DNA of 64,000 bases, taken from contig CAVUSO010000001.1 of assembly GCA_963744145.1 (NCBI GenBank), forward strand, positions 3,392,001-3,456,000. The letters are read 5' to 3'. Position numbers and translations under genes: made by a program. Position 1 is the first letter of the stretch. Each line of letters begins with the position of its first letter. This stretch comes from an uncultured cyanobacterium. GTDB taxonomy: Bacteria; Cyanobacteriota; Cyanobacteriia; Cyanobacteriales; CAWUOF01. The notes under the pieces are model-generated. The model ran no database searches. It was not told where the DNA came from and saw only the letters and a program-made list of their open reading frames with translations. Below are positions 10,301-18,492 of this stretch, piece after piece.

Positions 10301-12962
10301 TACTGCTTTACAACAGGCATTATACTTGCAACCACAATACATCGCTAGAGAACGTAACCGCTTAGAAGATCATACCGGAGCAGTTAGCAGTGTTGCATTG
10401 AGTAGTGATGGCAAGACCCTGGCCTCTGGGAGTTATGACAATACCATCAAACTCTGGGATGTGGCGACGGGCAAACTCCTGCAAACTCTCTCCGGTCACA
10501 GCAGTTGGGTCTTGAGTGTGGCCTGGAGTAGTGATGGCAAGACCCTGGCCTCTGGGAGTGATGACAATACTATCAAACTCTGGGATGTGGCGACGGGCAA
10601 ACTCCTGCAAACTCTCTCCGGCCACAGCAGTAGTGTCTATAGCGTGGCCTGGAGTAGTGATGGCAAGACCCTGGCCTCTGGGAGTTATGACAATACCATC
10701 AAACTCTGGGATGTGGCGACGGGCAAACTCCTGCAAACTCTCTCCGGTCACAGCAGTTGGGTCTTGAGTGTGGCCTGGAGTAGTGATGGCAAGACCCTGG
10801 CCTCTGGGAGTTATGACAATACTATCAAACTCTGGGATGTGGCGACGGGCAAACTCCTGCAAACTCTCTCCGGCCACAGCAGTTGGGTCTTGAGTGTGGC
10901 CTGGAGTAGTGATGGCAAGACCCTGGCCTCTGGGAGTGATGACAAGACCATCAAACTCTGGGATGTGGCGACGGGCAAACTCCTGCAAACTCTCTCCGGC
11001 CACAGCAGTAGTGTCTATAGCGTGGCCTGGAGTAGTGATGGCAAGACCCTGGCCTCTGGAAGTTATGACAATACTATCAAACTCTGGGATGTGGCGACGG
11101 GCAAACTCCTGCAAACTCTCTCCGGTCACAGCAGTAGTGTCTTGAGTGTGGCCTGGAGTAGTGATGGCAAGACCCTGGCCTCTGGGAGTTATGACAAGAC
11201 CATCAAACTCTGGGATGTGGCGACGGGCAAACTCCTGCAAACTCTCTCCGGCCACAGCAGTAGGGTCTTGAGTGTGGCCTGGAGTAGTGATGGCAAGACC
11301 CTGGCCTCTGGGAGTGATGACAAGACCATCAAACTCTGGGATGTGGCGACGGGCAAACTCCTGCAAACTCTCTCCGGCCACAGCAGTAGGGTCTTGAGTG
11401 TGGCCTGGAGTAGTGATGGCAAGACCCTGGCCTCTGGGAGTGATGACAAGACCATCAAACTCTGGGATGTGGCGACGGGCAAACTCCTGCAAACTCTCTC
11501 CGGCCACAGCAGTAGTGTCTTGAGTGTGGCCTGGAGTAGTGATGGCAAGACCCTGGCCTCTGGGAGTTATGACAATACCATCAAACTCTGGGATGTGGCG
11601 ACGGGCAAACTCCTGCAAACTCTCTCCGGTCACAGCAGTTGGGTCTTGAGTGTGGCCTGGAGTAGTGATGGCAAGACCCTGGCCTCTGGGAGTTATGACA
11701 ATACTATCAAACTCTGGGATGTGGCGACGGGCAAACTCCTGCAAACTCTCTCCGGCCACAGCAGTTGGGTCTTGAGTGTGGCCTGGAGTAGTGATGGCAA
11801 GACCCTGGCCTCTGGGAGTGATGACAAGACCATCAAACTCTGGGATGTGGCGACGGGCAAACTCCTGCAAACTCTCTCCGGCCACAGCAGTAGTGTCTAT
11901 AGCGTGGCCTGGAGTAGTGATGGCAAGACCCTGGCCTCTGGGAGTGAAGACAAGACCATCAAACTCTGGGATGTGGCGACGGGCAAACTCCTGCAAACTC
12001 TCTCCGGCCACAGCAGTAGGGTCTATAGCGTGGCCTGGAGTAGTGATGGCAAGACCCTGGCCTCTGGGAGTTATGACAAGACAATTATTTTATGGAATTT
12101 AGATTTAAAGGATTTAGATTTAAAGGATTTATTAGGTAAAGGTTGCCAATTTATAGATAATTTCCTAGTTATTCATCCTGATATACTGTCAGAGGTGGAG
12201 GCATGTCAAACACCTACTCTTCGCACTGAAGCAGCTAAAGTTTTTGTTTTACAAGGGGAAAAATTAGCTAGGCAACAGGATCGGAATAATGCTATTAAGA
12301 ATTTTCAGAACGCCCTCAAATGGAATCCCCAATTAAATTTTGATGCCCAACGCAAAGCCCAGCAATTAGTAAATGCTGCATTTTATTTGCAACGTGGAGG
12401 AGAAAAGTTAAGTAAGGAGAATGGTAATCTGCAAGATGCGATCGCTGATATAGAAAAGGCATTAAAAATAGACCCAGATTTAGATGTTAATCAAAGACTA
12501 AATGTTGCTTTACTGTTGATTAAATCGGCAAATAATATTTTAAAAAAAGATCCGATAAAAGACTTTATTAAAGATAATATACATGACTCTATTTTTGCCA
12601 TTACAGAGGCGCAAAAGCCAGCCATTACAGAAGCACAAAAGCTAGTGCCAAGTTTAACTATTAACAAAGACAAAGTATGGAATAGTCTTTGCTGGTATTC
12701 CAGCATTAAAGGTTTTGCTAAGGATGTTATGTTAGCTTGTGAAAAAGCTGTGGAACTTGAACCTGATAATGAAGGGTTTCGAGATAGTCGCGGTTTAGCG
12801 AGGGCATTAACTGGTAATATTGAAGGAGCTATTGAGGATTTTCAAGTATATATTGATAAGACTAATGATCAAATCAAGAAAGAACAGCGACAAGGTTGGG
12901 TTAAGGCTCTCCAATCTGGTCAGAATCCTTTTACTAAGCAAGAGCTTGATAGTTTATTATAA
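7314..12962 (+). CDS. Multidomain STAND-type NTPase (nSTAND1-like): degenerate P-loop N-domain, TPRs, NTPase, coiled coil, TM helix, 14 WD40 repeats, C-terminal TPRs
   Basis: Walker A GYSGVGKSS, Walker B LIFDQFEEFF, RPIELQIVG and YQLVHDYL motifs; hydrophobic ITIGVALGISGLFGW; 14 GH...WD repeats. Confidence 0.88.
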   Translation: MNNSPPPEQQNSSDIIFYNEKSLQQLAWGIDASVGNFKLFLARCNYPELRSRFISKLQELTSLKIRVMELKPTDPTLLSKIQQELNGSSPDALMVTGLELVEDLENLLITTNQVREEFRKLKFSLVLWIDDEILKQILRIAPDFESWAITINFAGSPNYLRQKIREITDTFFCQIWKFDINKAIISNSDYKELELAWQDLQKQGEDLEPHLQASLKFLQGRKAHKKDQFGQALKHYQDCESFWQGNSERLGVTLFSLGLCYQRQGEIAGEKYRATVQSYFDRGIEVFTEGDRQDLVAIFINYLGALLEKLEVWDELELVAQKSLELQKNYEYPLKLAQALGFLAQVYLARSQWEKCQEYAQQALDIVKEHGEEYQQNLYLLLLARSVENLDKPQVAIAYLETARKHGVGNNSPQIYIEILNKLHDIYFQKQEYLLAFEVKLERLSIEQQYGLRAFVGAGWIKPQREIKETLNHNKTTENIAPEIVSSGRLDDLKELKERITDNNAKLIIIHGYSGVGKSSLVNGGLLPQLHQETRGSCDILPISIRAYNNWIEELGRLLYQALLEKGKSHQENLTSLAAIIEELQKTSDRNLWIVLIFDQFEEFFFFCAHAKQRRDFFVFLEQCLNTSNVKVVLSLRQDYLHYLLEGNQVIKSIHHDILGKNIRYPLGNFSVASAEAIIKNLTQRAQFNLEEDLIKQLVADLAEDLGEVRPIELQIVGAQMQTEKITTLKQYQEKGTKEELVKRYLDAIVDDCGEENRQIAELVLYFLTDDKGTRPLKTRTELERDLPDLVKEKLDLVKLDLVLQIFVKSGLVLLLPDNPEQRYQLVHDYLAEFIRQQQEPHLKQLQEKLDRETQKRIAAEGKLEQEREDTIRKTTQLNKLLQLALMGSIGKLEQEREDTIRKTTQLNKLLQLALMGSITIGVALGISGLFGWNFAQEAQIQQKKAQIQEINALSNSSELLYSSGQTLDALKEALKAGGKLQFTQNSPLDTEILAITALQQALYLQPQYIARERNRLEDHTGAVSSVALSSDGKTLASGSYDNTIKLWDVATGKLLQTLSGHSSWVLSVAWSSDGKTLASGSDDNTIKLWDVATGKLLQTLSGHSSSVYSVAWSSDGKTLASGSYDNTIKLWDVATGKLLQTLSGHSSWVLSVAWSSDGKTLASGSYDNTIKLWDVATGKLLQTLSGHSSWVLSVAWSSDGKTLASGSDDKTIKLWDVATGKLLQTLSGHSSSVYSVAWSSDGKTLASGSYDNTIKLWDVATGKLLQTLSGHSSSVLSVAWSSDGKTLASGSYDKTIKLWDVATGKLLQTLSGHSSRVLSVAWSSDGKTLASGSDDKTIKLWDVATGKLLQTLSGHSSRVLSVAWSSDGKTLASGSDDKTIKLWDVATGKLLQTLSGHSSSVLSVAWSSDGKTLASGSYDNTIKLWDVATGKLLQTLSGHSSWVLSVAWSSDGKTLASGSYDNTIKLWDVATGKLLQTLSGHSSWVLSVAWSSDGKTLASGSDDKTIKLWDVATGKLLQTLSGHSSSVYSVAWSSDGKTLASGSEDKTIKLWDVATGKLLQTLSGHSSRVYSVAWSSDGKTLASGSYDKTIILWNLDLKDLDLKDLLGKGCQFIDNFLVIHPDILSEVEACQTPTLRTEAAKVFVLQGEKLARQQDRNNAIKNFQNALKWNPQLNFDAQRKAQQLVNAAFYLQRGGEKLSKENGNLQDAIADIEKALKIDPDLDVNQRLNVALLLIKSANNILKKDPIKDFIKDNIHDSIFAITEAQKPAITEAQKLVPSLTINKDKVWNSLCWYSSIKGFAKDVMLACEKAVELEPDNEGFRDSRGLARALTGNIEGAIEDFQVYIDKTNDQIKKEQRQGWVKALQSGQNPFTKQELDSLL
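9896..10069 (+). repeat. Exact in-frame 87-bp tandem duplication
   Basis: GKLEQEREDTIRKTTQLNKLLQLALMGSI is encoded twice, copies starting at 9896 and 9983. Confidence 0.95.
10366..12100 (+). repeat. 14 near-identical 126-bp WD40-coding tandem repeats
   Basis: Unit ...gtggcctggagtagtgatggcaagaccctggcctctgggagt...aaactctgggatgtggcgacgggcaaactcctgcaaactctctccgg recurs every 126 bp. Confidence 0.97.
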
Positions 12963-12984
12963 TGAATGATCAATCATATATGTC

Positions 12985-13395
12985 TGCGATCGGTTTGATA
13001 ATTGGGGTGCGATCACGTTAATTTCAGAGAGTGCGATGCTTGAGTAATTAGAGTGCGATCGCGTTTGATAATTAGGGTGCGATCGCGTTAATTTGATCAT
13101 ACCAATAGACGATAAAGATACATTAATAAGATTGATCTGTGGGTGGGGGTGGGTTTTTATGATTAGTGGGTAGATTGCCAAAATCTGGGTGAACCCACCC
13201 CTACAGAAATTGGCAAATTGAGGATAAAATTGATAGAAAAATATGTGATTAAATTGGTAGGGGCAGGTTCACCAATTAATTTTTTACATACAGATCAGTA
13301 TCATAAACCTGCCCCGGTTCGATCATCAAGTGCGATCGGGTTAATTTCCGAGAGTGCGAGGTTTGATAATTGGGGTGCGATCGCGTTCATTTGAT
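12985..13395. repeat. HIP1-anchored ~22-25-bp tandem repeats surrounding a REP/MITE copy (13097-13316)
   Basis: Repeated gtgcgatcgcgtttgataattrgg-like units; the internal segment is homologous to 5231-5480. Confidence 0.75.
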
Positions 13396-13425
13396 AAGAT
13401 CAATCCGTTGTGCTTTTCAATCAAC

Positions 13426-14451
13426 CTAAACTACAATTAATTCTTTTACTGGTTGATTAAACCATCCTTGCTCTTTTAACCTTTGCCAAGCGTTACGGAG
13501 ATGATGAGGTTTGAATATTTGCCGTTTGCGGTCGCTCCAATCATGTACTAATGCGATCGCTACTTTTGGATCTTCTGCTGCCTGGAGATTTTCTTTAGTT
13601 ACCCAATGAATACTCGACAAAGATTCCATACCATAAGGATCTTCAAAACCATTGATGAGTTCACTAACTTGTTCTAAACGCTTCTTAGCGACTGAATCTA
13701 AATAGATATTGGTAACCTCCAAAGCTCTAGGTAATATTTCAATTTCACCATCAAGATTTCCTTTCTTATATCCCTTAATATAATGACCTTCTAGAAGCTG
13801 CATGACATAGTTTAGATTATTTGAATATGGACCATATTGATGTTTAACATACTCTAAGTTTAATGGCTCCCCTGCTTCTTGGAGAAAATAAGCTAATTTC
13901 TGGCATTCCAAACTACTTAATTCATACCCAGCTATTGTATAGATATCTAACGAATTAAGGAATAAAGTACGGGCACGATTCATTACTGGTTTTATTGTTG
14001 TTTCTGTTTCAAATAGAACCACATTTACCTCTGGTAATTCTGCAAAAGCTGACACAATTAATGGTTTAACTTCCTGCCAATCTAAACAACCATTACCACA
14101 ACCCAATGGAGGAATAGCAATTGAACTAACACCTAACCTTTTTACATCAGCAACTAAAGACTTTAATCCAGTTTTAATATCCTCTATGTTTGATTTATTC
14201 TTCCAATGACGTTTAGTAGGAAAGTTAATAATATATTTAGGATTAATAATATTATTAGTAGGAAAAATTAACATTTTCCCTGGTTGTACCATGCCTCGAT
14301 TACAGGCTTGTTTATAGAAGATGAAATTTTCAGGAAATGCTAGTTTGAATTGTAGTGCAATACCTTTACCCATTACACCCACACAGTTAACGGTATTAAC
14401 TAATACCTCCGTTTTTTCTTTAATCAGATTACCTTGTTTAAATTCAATCAT
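13426..14451 (-). CDS. darG: DarG antitoxin (macrodomain DNA ADP-ribosyl glycohydrolase)
   Basis: Macrodomain motifs VNTVNCVGVMGKGIALQFK, IINFPTKRHW, IPPLGCGNG; DarG-type C-terminus (QKLAYFLQE, YGPYS); overlaps darT by 8 bp. Confidence 0.9.
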   Translation of the reverse strand: MIEFKQGNLIKEKTEVLVNTVNCVGVMGKGIALQFKLAFPENFIFYKQACNRGMVQPGKMLIFPTNNIINPKYIINFPTKRHWKNKSNIEDIKTGLKSLVADVKRLGVSSIAIPPLGCGNGCLDWQEVKPLIVSAFAELPEVNVVLFETETTIKPVMNRARTLFLNSLDIYTIAGYELSSLECQKLAYFLQEAGEPLNLEYVKHQYGPYSNNLNYVMQLLEGHYIKGYKKGNLDGEIEILPRALEVTNIYLDSVAKKRLEQVSELINGFEDPYGMESLSSIHWVTKENLQAAEDPKVAIALVHDWSDRKRQIFKPHHLRNAWQRLKEQGWFNQPVKELIVV

Positions 14452-15082
14452 CTCTGTAATACCACTCAGATTTAACTTTAACAGGGGTTTGGGAATTAAA
14501 GGTTTTTAATATTTCCTCAACCTGTGATTTCATTATATCATCAATCACCCCTATTCCCCTAATTAACTTCCAAGGACAGAATTCATGAATCAAAAACTCT
14601 GCTTGTCTTCTCCATTTCCGGTTAGGATTATCTATGTTGTTATGCCAATATTTGGACTTCATTAATTCCCAATCAATTACATCATCAAGATTATTAAGAT
14701 TATCAAAGAATTCTGTATTGATCATTATTGCATGACCGTCAGTGAATACAAAAGCTAACCCTGAGTTTTGGATTGCTTGAATTGTAACCACTAAATAGAT
14801 AATTGATTTCTGACCATCACTATAACCTTTAACTTTTCCTTTATGAATAGCATATAACATAGGAGAACGGGGGGCAAAATAAAATGGAATATAATCGTGT
14901 AATAAACCACCATTACCACAAGGAATAGAAATTTTAGAACGTCTTCCTTGAATGCGTTCATGAGCAATATCTAGATAATTAATTTGTTCCTCTATAAGTT
15001 TGTTGTTAGAAATTAATCCACCATGTTCTAGAATAGATTTTAAATTGTCTATATGAGTGATATGGTAGATATTTCTAGACAT
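14444..15082 (-). CDS. darT: DarT toxin, ssDNA ADP-ribosyltransferase (DUF4433)
   Basis: YHITHIDNL, YIPFYFAPRSPMLY, FTDGHA and catalytic RQAEFL motifs. Confidence 0.92.
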   Translation of the reverse strand: MSRNIYHITHIDNLKSILEHGGLISNNKLIEEQINYLDIAHERIQGRRSKISIPCGNGGLLHDYIPFYFAPRSPMLYAIHKGKVKGYSDGQKSIIYLVVTIQAIQNSGLAFVFTDGHAIMINTEFFDNLNNLDDVIDWELMKSKYWHNNIDNPNRKWRRQAEFLIHEFCPWKLIRGIGVIDDIMKSQVEEILKTFNSQTPVKVKSEWYYRDD

Positions 15083-15114
15083 TCTTTTTCAGCTAATGAC
15101 AAACCGATATTATC

Positions 15115-15942
15115 TTAAAGTATTTCATTTATCTCCTTAGTCACATCATAATTAACCCAAAGTATTTCAGTTCTGGGCTGCTTAACTGAACTACATTGCT
15201 TTGATGGGGCTTCGAGCCAATGCCAATCTTTATAGAGCTGATCTAATAATTCGCAACGATAACCCGATAAGGCAACTTTACCTTTAACATTAGTCAATAT
15301 TTCAGCTAATTCTCGATGATGATTATCCGTCATTTCGTACCCATAAGCATGAGCATCACCACGAGAATCATGGGGGTAAGGAGGATCGCAATAGAATAGA
15401 GTTTCTGCACTATCATATCTTTGAATAGTCTCGATCGCTGGTGCATTTTCGATCTGAACCCGCAAAAGCCTTTGCACAATTTCTGACAATCCCTCAACGC
15501 TTCCCAACCAACGCGAAACTGCACCAGCCATTCCAGCTCTACTGGTTAGTTTGCAATGTGCCCATCTTCCCGCACTAGCTGTTTGCGCTAGACCTGTTCG
15601 CACTTGTCGCGCACGCACAAAAAAACGACGTGCCCTTTCTAATTCCGAAAGACCTTCAATTGATTCTGTAGCTGCAATTCTCAGTTCTTCTCTCGAAAAT
15701 GGTGTGAGTCCGAGCGCACGGATGAGTTCTTCCTGTTGAGTGCGAAGAACGCGAAAAAAGTTTACCACTTCTCCGTCAATATCGTTGTAAGTTTCAATTG
15801 GGGCAGGTTCACGATTGAGGAGAACCGCAGCAGATCCCGCAAATGGTTCACAGTAATGGGTTGCTTTCGGTAATAAAGGAAGAAGCCAGTTTAAATGATT
15901 AAATTTGCCACCATACCATCCAAAAGCGATGAGCTTGCCCAT
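15115..15942 (-). CDS. DNA adenine methyltransferase (Dam/D12 class)
   Basis: WYGGK, EPFAGSAAV, YNDID and catalytic DPPY motifs. Confidence 0.9.
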   Translation of the reverse strand: MGKLIAFGWYGGKFNHLNWLLPLLPKATHYCEPFAGSAAVLLNREPAPIETYNDIDGEVVNFFRVLRTQQEELIRALGLTPFSREELRIAATESIEGLSELERARRFFVRARQVRTGLAQTASAGRWAHCKLTSRAGMAGAVSRWLGSVEGLSEIVQRLLRVQIENAPAIETIQRYDSAETLFYCDPPYPHDSRGDAHAYGYEMTDNHHRELAEILTNVKGKVALSGYRCELLDQLYKDWHWLEAPSKQCSSVKQPRTEILWVNYDVTKEINEIL

Positions 15943-15979
15943 TTGTCTTGCCAGAGTAATGTGTTTTCCTACCTATTTT

Positions 15980-16075
15980 AGTCAATTTTGCCAATGGGAA
16001 AAATCAACATCCACACCAATCTGTCCAACAACCGATAAAATAAAGCTTATGTCAGTTTGTGCAAAGGTTCTATGT
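15980..16075 (+). repeat. Diverged copy of the purL upstream region through the ATG (direct repeat 1)
   Basis: agtcaattttgccaat..gaaaaatcaac...aaccgata.aataaa...tgcaaaggttctatgt matches 18392-18492. Confidence 0.85.
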
Positions 16076-16167
16076 TTCGATGACTCAGCAGAGTTGACAA
16101 AAAGTTACAAGTGGATGATAATTATCTGTTTAGGCTTGATGACGTTTTAAGTATATAGTTAGAACTT

Positions 16168-17412
16168 ATGGTACAGGCAGAAAAACCGATCGCGATCGAT
16201 TTGTTTGCTGGGGCAGGAGGTTTTGGGTTAGGCTTTGAAATGGCAGGTTTCTCTGTACCTCTATCTGTTGAAATTGATGCCTGGGCTGCTGATACACTAC
16301 GTTATAACCGTCCTAACATGACAGTTGTTCAAGGTGATATCCGTGATTTTAATACAGAAATAAGTGTGAAAGAAATTTGTATTTTTAAACCCGATATTAT
16401 TATTGGTGGACCTCCGTGCCAAGGATTTAGTGTTGCTGGACCAGCCCAAAAGGATTTTCAAGACCCTCGAAACAGTTTGTTTATTAACTTTGCTCAATGG
16501 ATCAGTTTTCTGGAACCCAAAGCATTTGTGATGGAGAATGTTAAGGGATTATTATCACGAAAAAATCCTGAAGGTATAAAGGTTATAGATATTATTAAAA
16601 GAACTTTCCAAGATATTGGTTATTTCGTGGAAGTGTGGATTTTAAATGCTGCTGAATATGGTGTACCGCAGCTGAGAGAGCGGATTTTTATTGTTGGTAA
16701 CAAAATCGGTAAAGAATTAAATATTCCGAGCAAAACACATTCACTAGACCTATTACATTTAAGTAGATATCAACTATCAGTTTTAGATGATAATCATATA
16801 CTTCCTGCTTTAAACTTATGGGATGCAATATCAGATTTACCAGAACTGAATCCAAGGGAAGGAAATGAGGAGCAATCTTATTCTGGATCACCTCATAATA
16901 ATTATCAAAAGTGGGTTAGAAATAGTAGCAATATACTTTATAATCATGTCGCAATGGAACATTCAGAGCGGATTGTCGAACGTTTCAGACATATTAATTG
17001 GGGGGAATCAAGTTCCGATGTACCGAAAGAACATGGAGCTAGACGACGTAATAGTAATGGTGAATTATCGCATAAAAGCTATGATCAAAATAATCGGCGC
17101 TTAAATCCTTATCAACCATCACATACAATTGCAGCTTCATTTTATGCTAATTTTATTCATCCTTTCCAACATCGAAATTTAACCGCCCGTGAAGGAGCGA
17201 GAATTCAATCTTTTCCTGACAATTATCGTTTTTTAGGAAAGAAAACTGTTGTGTCTCATAAATTATTACAGAGAGAAGGAAGATTGGATGAGAAGTTTCT
17301 TTGTCAGTATAATCAAATTGGTAATGCTGTCCCACCTCTTCTGGCTCAAGCGATCGCTATTCATCTTCAAAAACAATTAAATCTATGTCAACAAATGATC
17401 GAAACCCACTAG
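16168..17412 (+). CDS. DNA (cytosine-5)-methyltransferase
   Basis: Motif I DLFAGAGG, IV GGPPCQGFS, VI ENVKG, VIII QLRERIF, X QIGNAVPP. Confidence 0.95.
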   Translation: MVQAEKPIAIDLFAGAGGFGLGFEMAGFSVPLSVEIDAWAADTLRYNRPNMTVVQGDIRDFNTEISVKEICIFKPDIIIGGPPCQGFSVAGPAQKDFQDPRNSLFINFAQWISFLEPKAFVMENVKGLLSRKNPEGIKVIDIIKRTFQDIGYFVEVWILNAAEYGVPQLRERIFIVGNKIGKELNIPSKTHSLDLLHLSRYQLSVLDDNHILPALNLWDAISDLPELNPREGNEEQSYSGSPHNNYQKWVRNSSNILYNHVAMEHSERIVERFRHINWGESSSDVPKEHGARRRNSNGELSHKSYDQNNRRLNPYQPSHTIAASFYANFIHPFQHRNLTAREGARIQSFPDNYRFLGKKTVVSHKLLQREGRLDEKFLCQYNQIGNAVPPLLAQAIAIHLQKQLNLCQQMIETH

Positions 17413-18362
17413 TTCATGGATCTAATCTTGAGCAAAAAGAAAATCATCGTACTAAATATCGAGATCCTGATAGTATCAAATATCTCAGAGAAATCAGAAT
17501 CGAGTATGATAAATGGCATACAGCTAACATGGATTTGATTGGACCAACATCGAAGTCTACTGAGCAGGATGATGTAATTATTGCTAGAAGAGTAGAACTT
17601 CTGACAAAATATAAAGATTTTTTAGATCAACAGCATTATGCTGAAAAATTTGATTCACGTTCAAACCTTCATTCTAGTATTTTGGAAGAATTTCTTTATT
17701 ATTTATTTAAAGACTTAGTGCGAGATTTTGGAGAAACCACTCTTATTGGTAAGTCACATACTTTTAAAGATATCTTCTTTGTCCCACCAAAATATTCGGA
17801 AATGCTCAAGCGACCCTATGCACGAATTGAGAAAAAAGATCATGATTTTGTGATTGGTGTAACTATTCAAGCATCATTTGAAGCATTTTGTCTCCCAGGA
17901 CAGGATGAAAACTCTGGTGAAATAATTACCCTTTCAAAAGAAGAACTAGATAAAGATTCTGAAATAACAGTTAATGGTAATACTGAAACGCATATTTTTG
18001 ATATTCCAGTTATTGTAATTGAGTGTAAAACATATCTAGATAAAACTATGCTTGAGGGTTCTTCCCGCGCAGCAGAAGACTTAAAAGCTAGAAATCCTAA
18101 TAGCTTATACATTGTAATAATGGAGTGGATCAAATTAACTAGTGATGTAAATTTGCGAAAATATAAAGTTGACCAAATTTATGTACTACGTCAACAGAAA
18201 AATACTGACAGAGAATTTAGATATGAAGAGAAATATATTAAAAATCCTATTAACCCAATTGTTATACAACATCTTTTTACGAAGGTCCGAAACCATTTAA
18301 CAATGGACTGGACTGGTGGTATTGAGTTTGGTGTACAGCGTGGATGGTTAATTAATGAATAG
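17385..18362 (+). CDS. Type II restriction endonuclease, Bpu10I/DdeI-like family
   Basis: SSILEEF and ECKTYLDKTML motifs (PD-(D/E)xK type); overlaps the 3' end of the C5-MTase. Confidence 0.8.
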   Translation: MSTNDRNPLVHGSNLEQKENHRTKYRDPDSIKYLREIRIEYDKWHTANMDLIGPTSKSTEQDDVIIARRVELLTKYKDFLDQQHYAEKFDSRSNLHSSILEEFLYYLFKDLVRDFGETTLIGKSHTFKDIFFVPPKYSEMLKRPYARIEKKDHDFVIGVTIQASFEAFCLPGQDENSGEIITLSKEELDKDSEITVNGNTETHIFDIPVIVIECKTYLDKTMLEGSSRAAEDLKARNPNSLYIVIMEWIKLTSDVNLRKYKVDQIYVLRQQKNTDREFRYEEKYIKNPINPIVIQHLFTKVRNHLTMDWTGGIEFGVQRGWLINE

Positions 18363-18391
18363 ATTGGGCTTGTACTCTATCCCAAAACAGA

Positions 18392-18492
18392 AGTCAATTT
18401 TGCCAATTGGTGAAAAATCAACTATATACACCCTAAATTGCACCATAACCGATACAATAAACTTTGTGCTAACTGCTGCAAAGGTTCTATGT
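18392..18492 (+). repeat. purL upstream region and start (direct repeat 2)
   Basis: Homologous to 15980-16075. Confidence 0.85.

Noticed and set aside
10362..12011. 549-aa antisense ORF and several short alternative-frame ORFs in the WD40 block
   Set aside because: By-products of a stop-free 126-bp tandem repeat; the plus-strand WD40 frame explains the sequence
10366..12100. Possible diversity-generating retroelement target or CRISPR-like array
   Set aside because: No reverse transcriptase or template repeat in the window; the same few alleles are reshuffled rather than showing adenine-specific randomisation; units are contiguous codons without unique spacers
18438..18488. Extended purL N-terminus from the TTG at 18438
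   Set aside because: PurL-like sequence starts at ATG 18489; the extension lies in the duplicated promoter region
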